This document shows positions 63,678 to 64,000 of a DNA stretch of 64,000 nucleotides, piece by piece. The DNA is taken from contig OZ024746.1 in NCBI GenBank assembly GCA_964016885.1, positions 25,544,001 through 25,608,000 of the forward strand, given 5' to 3'. A model generated the notes under the pieces. The model made no database searches. It had not been told where the DNA came from and saw nothing but the letters and a program-made list of their open reading frames with translations. The DNA is from Eledone cirrhosa (lineage: Eukaryota). Numbering within the stretch: the first letter of the stretch is position 1; every line of letters begins with the position of its first letter. The position numbers were made by a program, and so were the translations under genes.

Positions 63678-64000
63678 AATGGTTTCTGATTTAGGCACAA
63701 GGCCAACAATTTTGGGAGAAGAGGAAAGTCAATTAAATCAACCCCAGATCATTACTTTATTTTATGGACCCCGTAAGGATGAAAGGCAAATAACCATGGC
63801 AGGATTTGAACTCAGAATGTGAAGGTCTATAACTATGGAGCACATGTTGTCCGGCACTCCACTGATACTGTCAATGCACACCAATTAATAATAATAATGG
63901 TTTCTTATATAGGCACAAGGCCAGCAATTTTTGGGGGGAGGGAAAATTGATTAAATCAACCCCAGTGCGTGACTGGTACTTTATTTTATCAACTCCATAA
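63678..64000 (-). mobile_element. Two SINE copies
   Basis: Family consensus. Confidence 0.8.

Overview
AT-rich, repeat-dense animal genomic DNA. The tRNA-derived SINE family and RTE LINEs look like those of octopus/coleoid cephalopods (inference). Three host genes lie on the minus strand: a complete 8-exon ADAT3 (tRNA A34 deaminase subunit, 38287->17125, 323 aa), a complete 3-exon SNAP29 (50657->45406, 265 aa) and the last coding exon of a LONRF-type gene (61950->61664). The rest is RTE, R4/Dong-like and CRE-like retrotransposon relics, about 26 SINE copies, Helitron-like elements, MITEs and tandem repeats. The main unexplained signal: from about 9.93 kb to at least 60.4 kb, most non-repeat, non-coding blocks I examined fold into dense nested helices whose non-Watson-Crick pairs are mostly G-U on the PLUS strand, antisense to all three genes. 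The region also holds a tandem pair of complete tRNA-like cloverleaves (18848-18918, 19112-19183), the first directly behind a long duplex, an arrangement reminiscent of MALAT1/mascRNA. I propose a very long, highly structured antisense lncRNA over the ADAT3-SNAP29-LONRF locus. Helices were found by eye; no folding or expression analysis was run.
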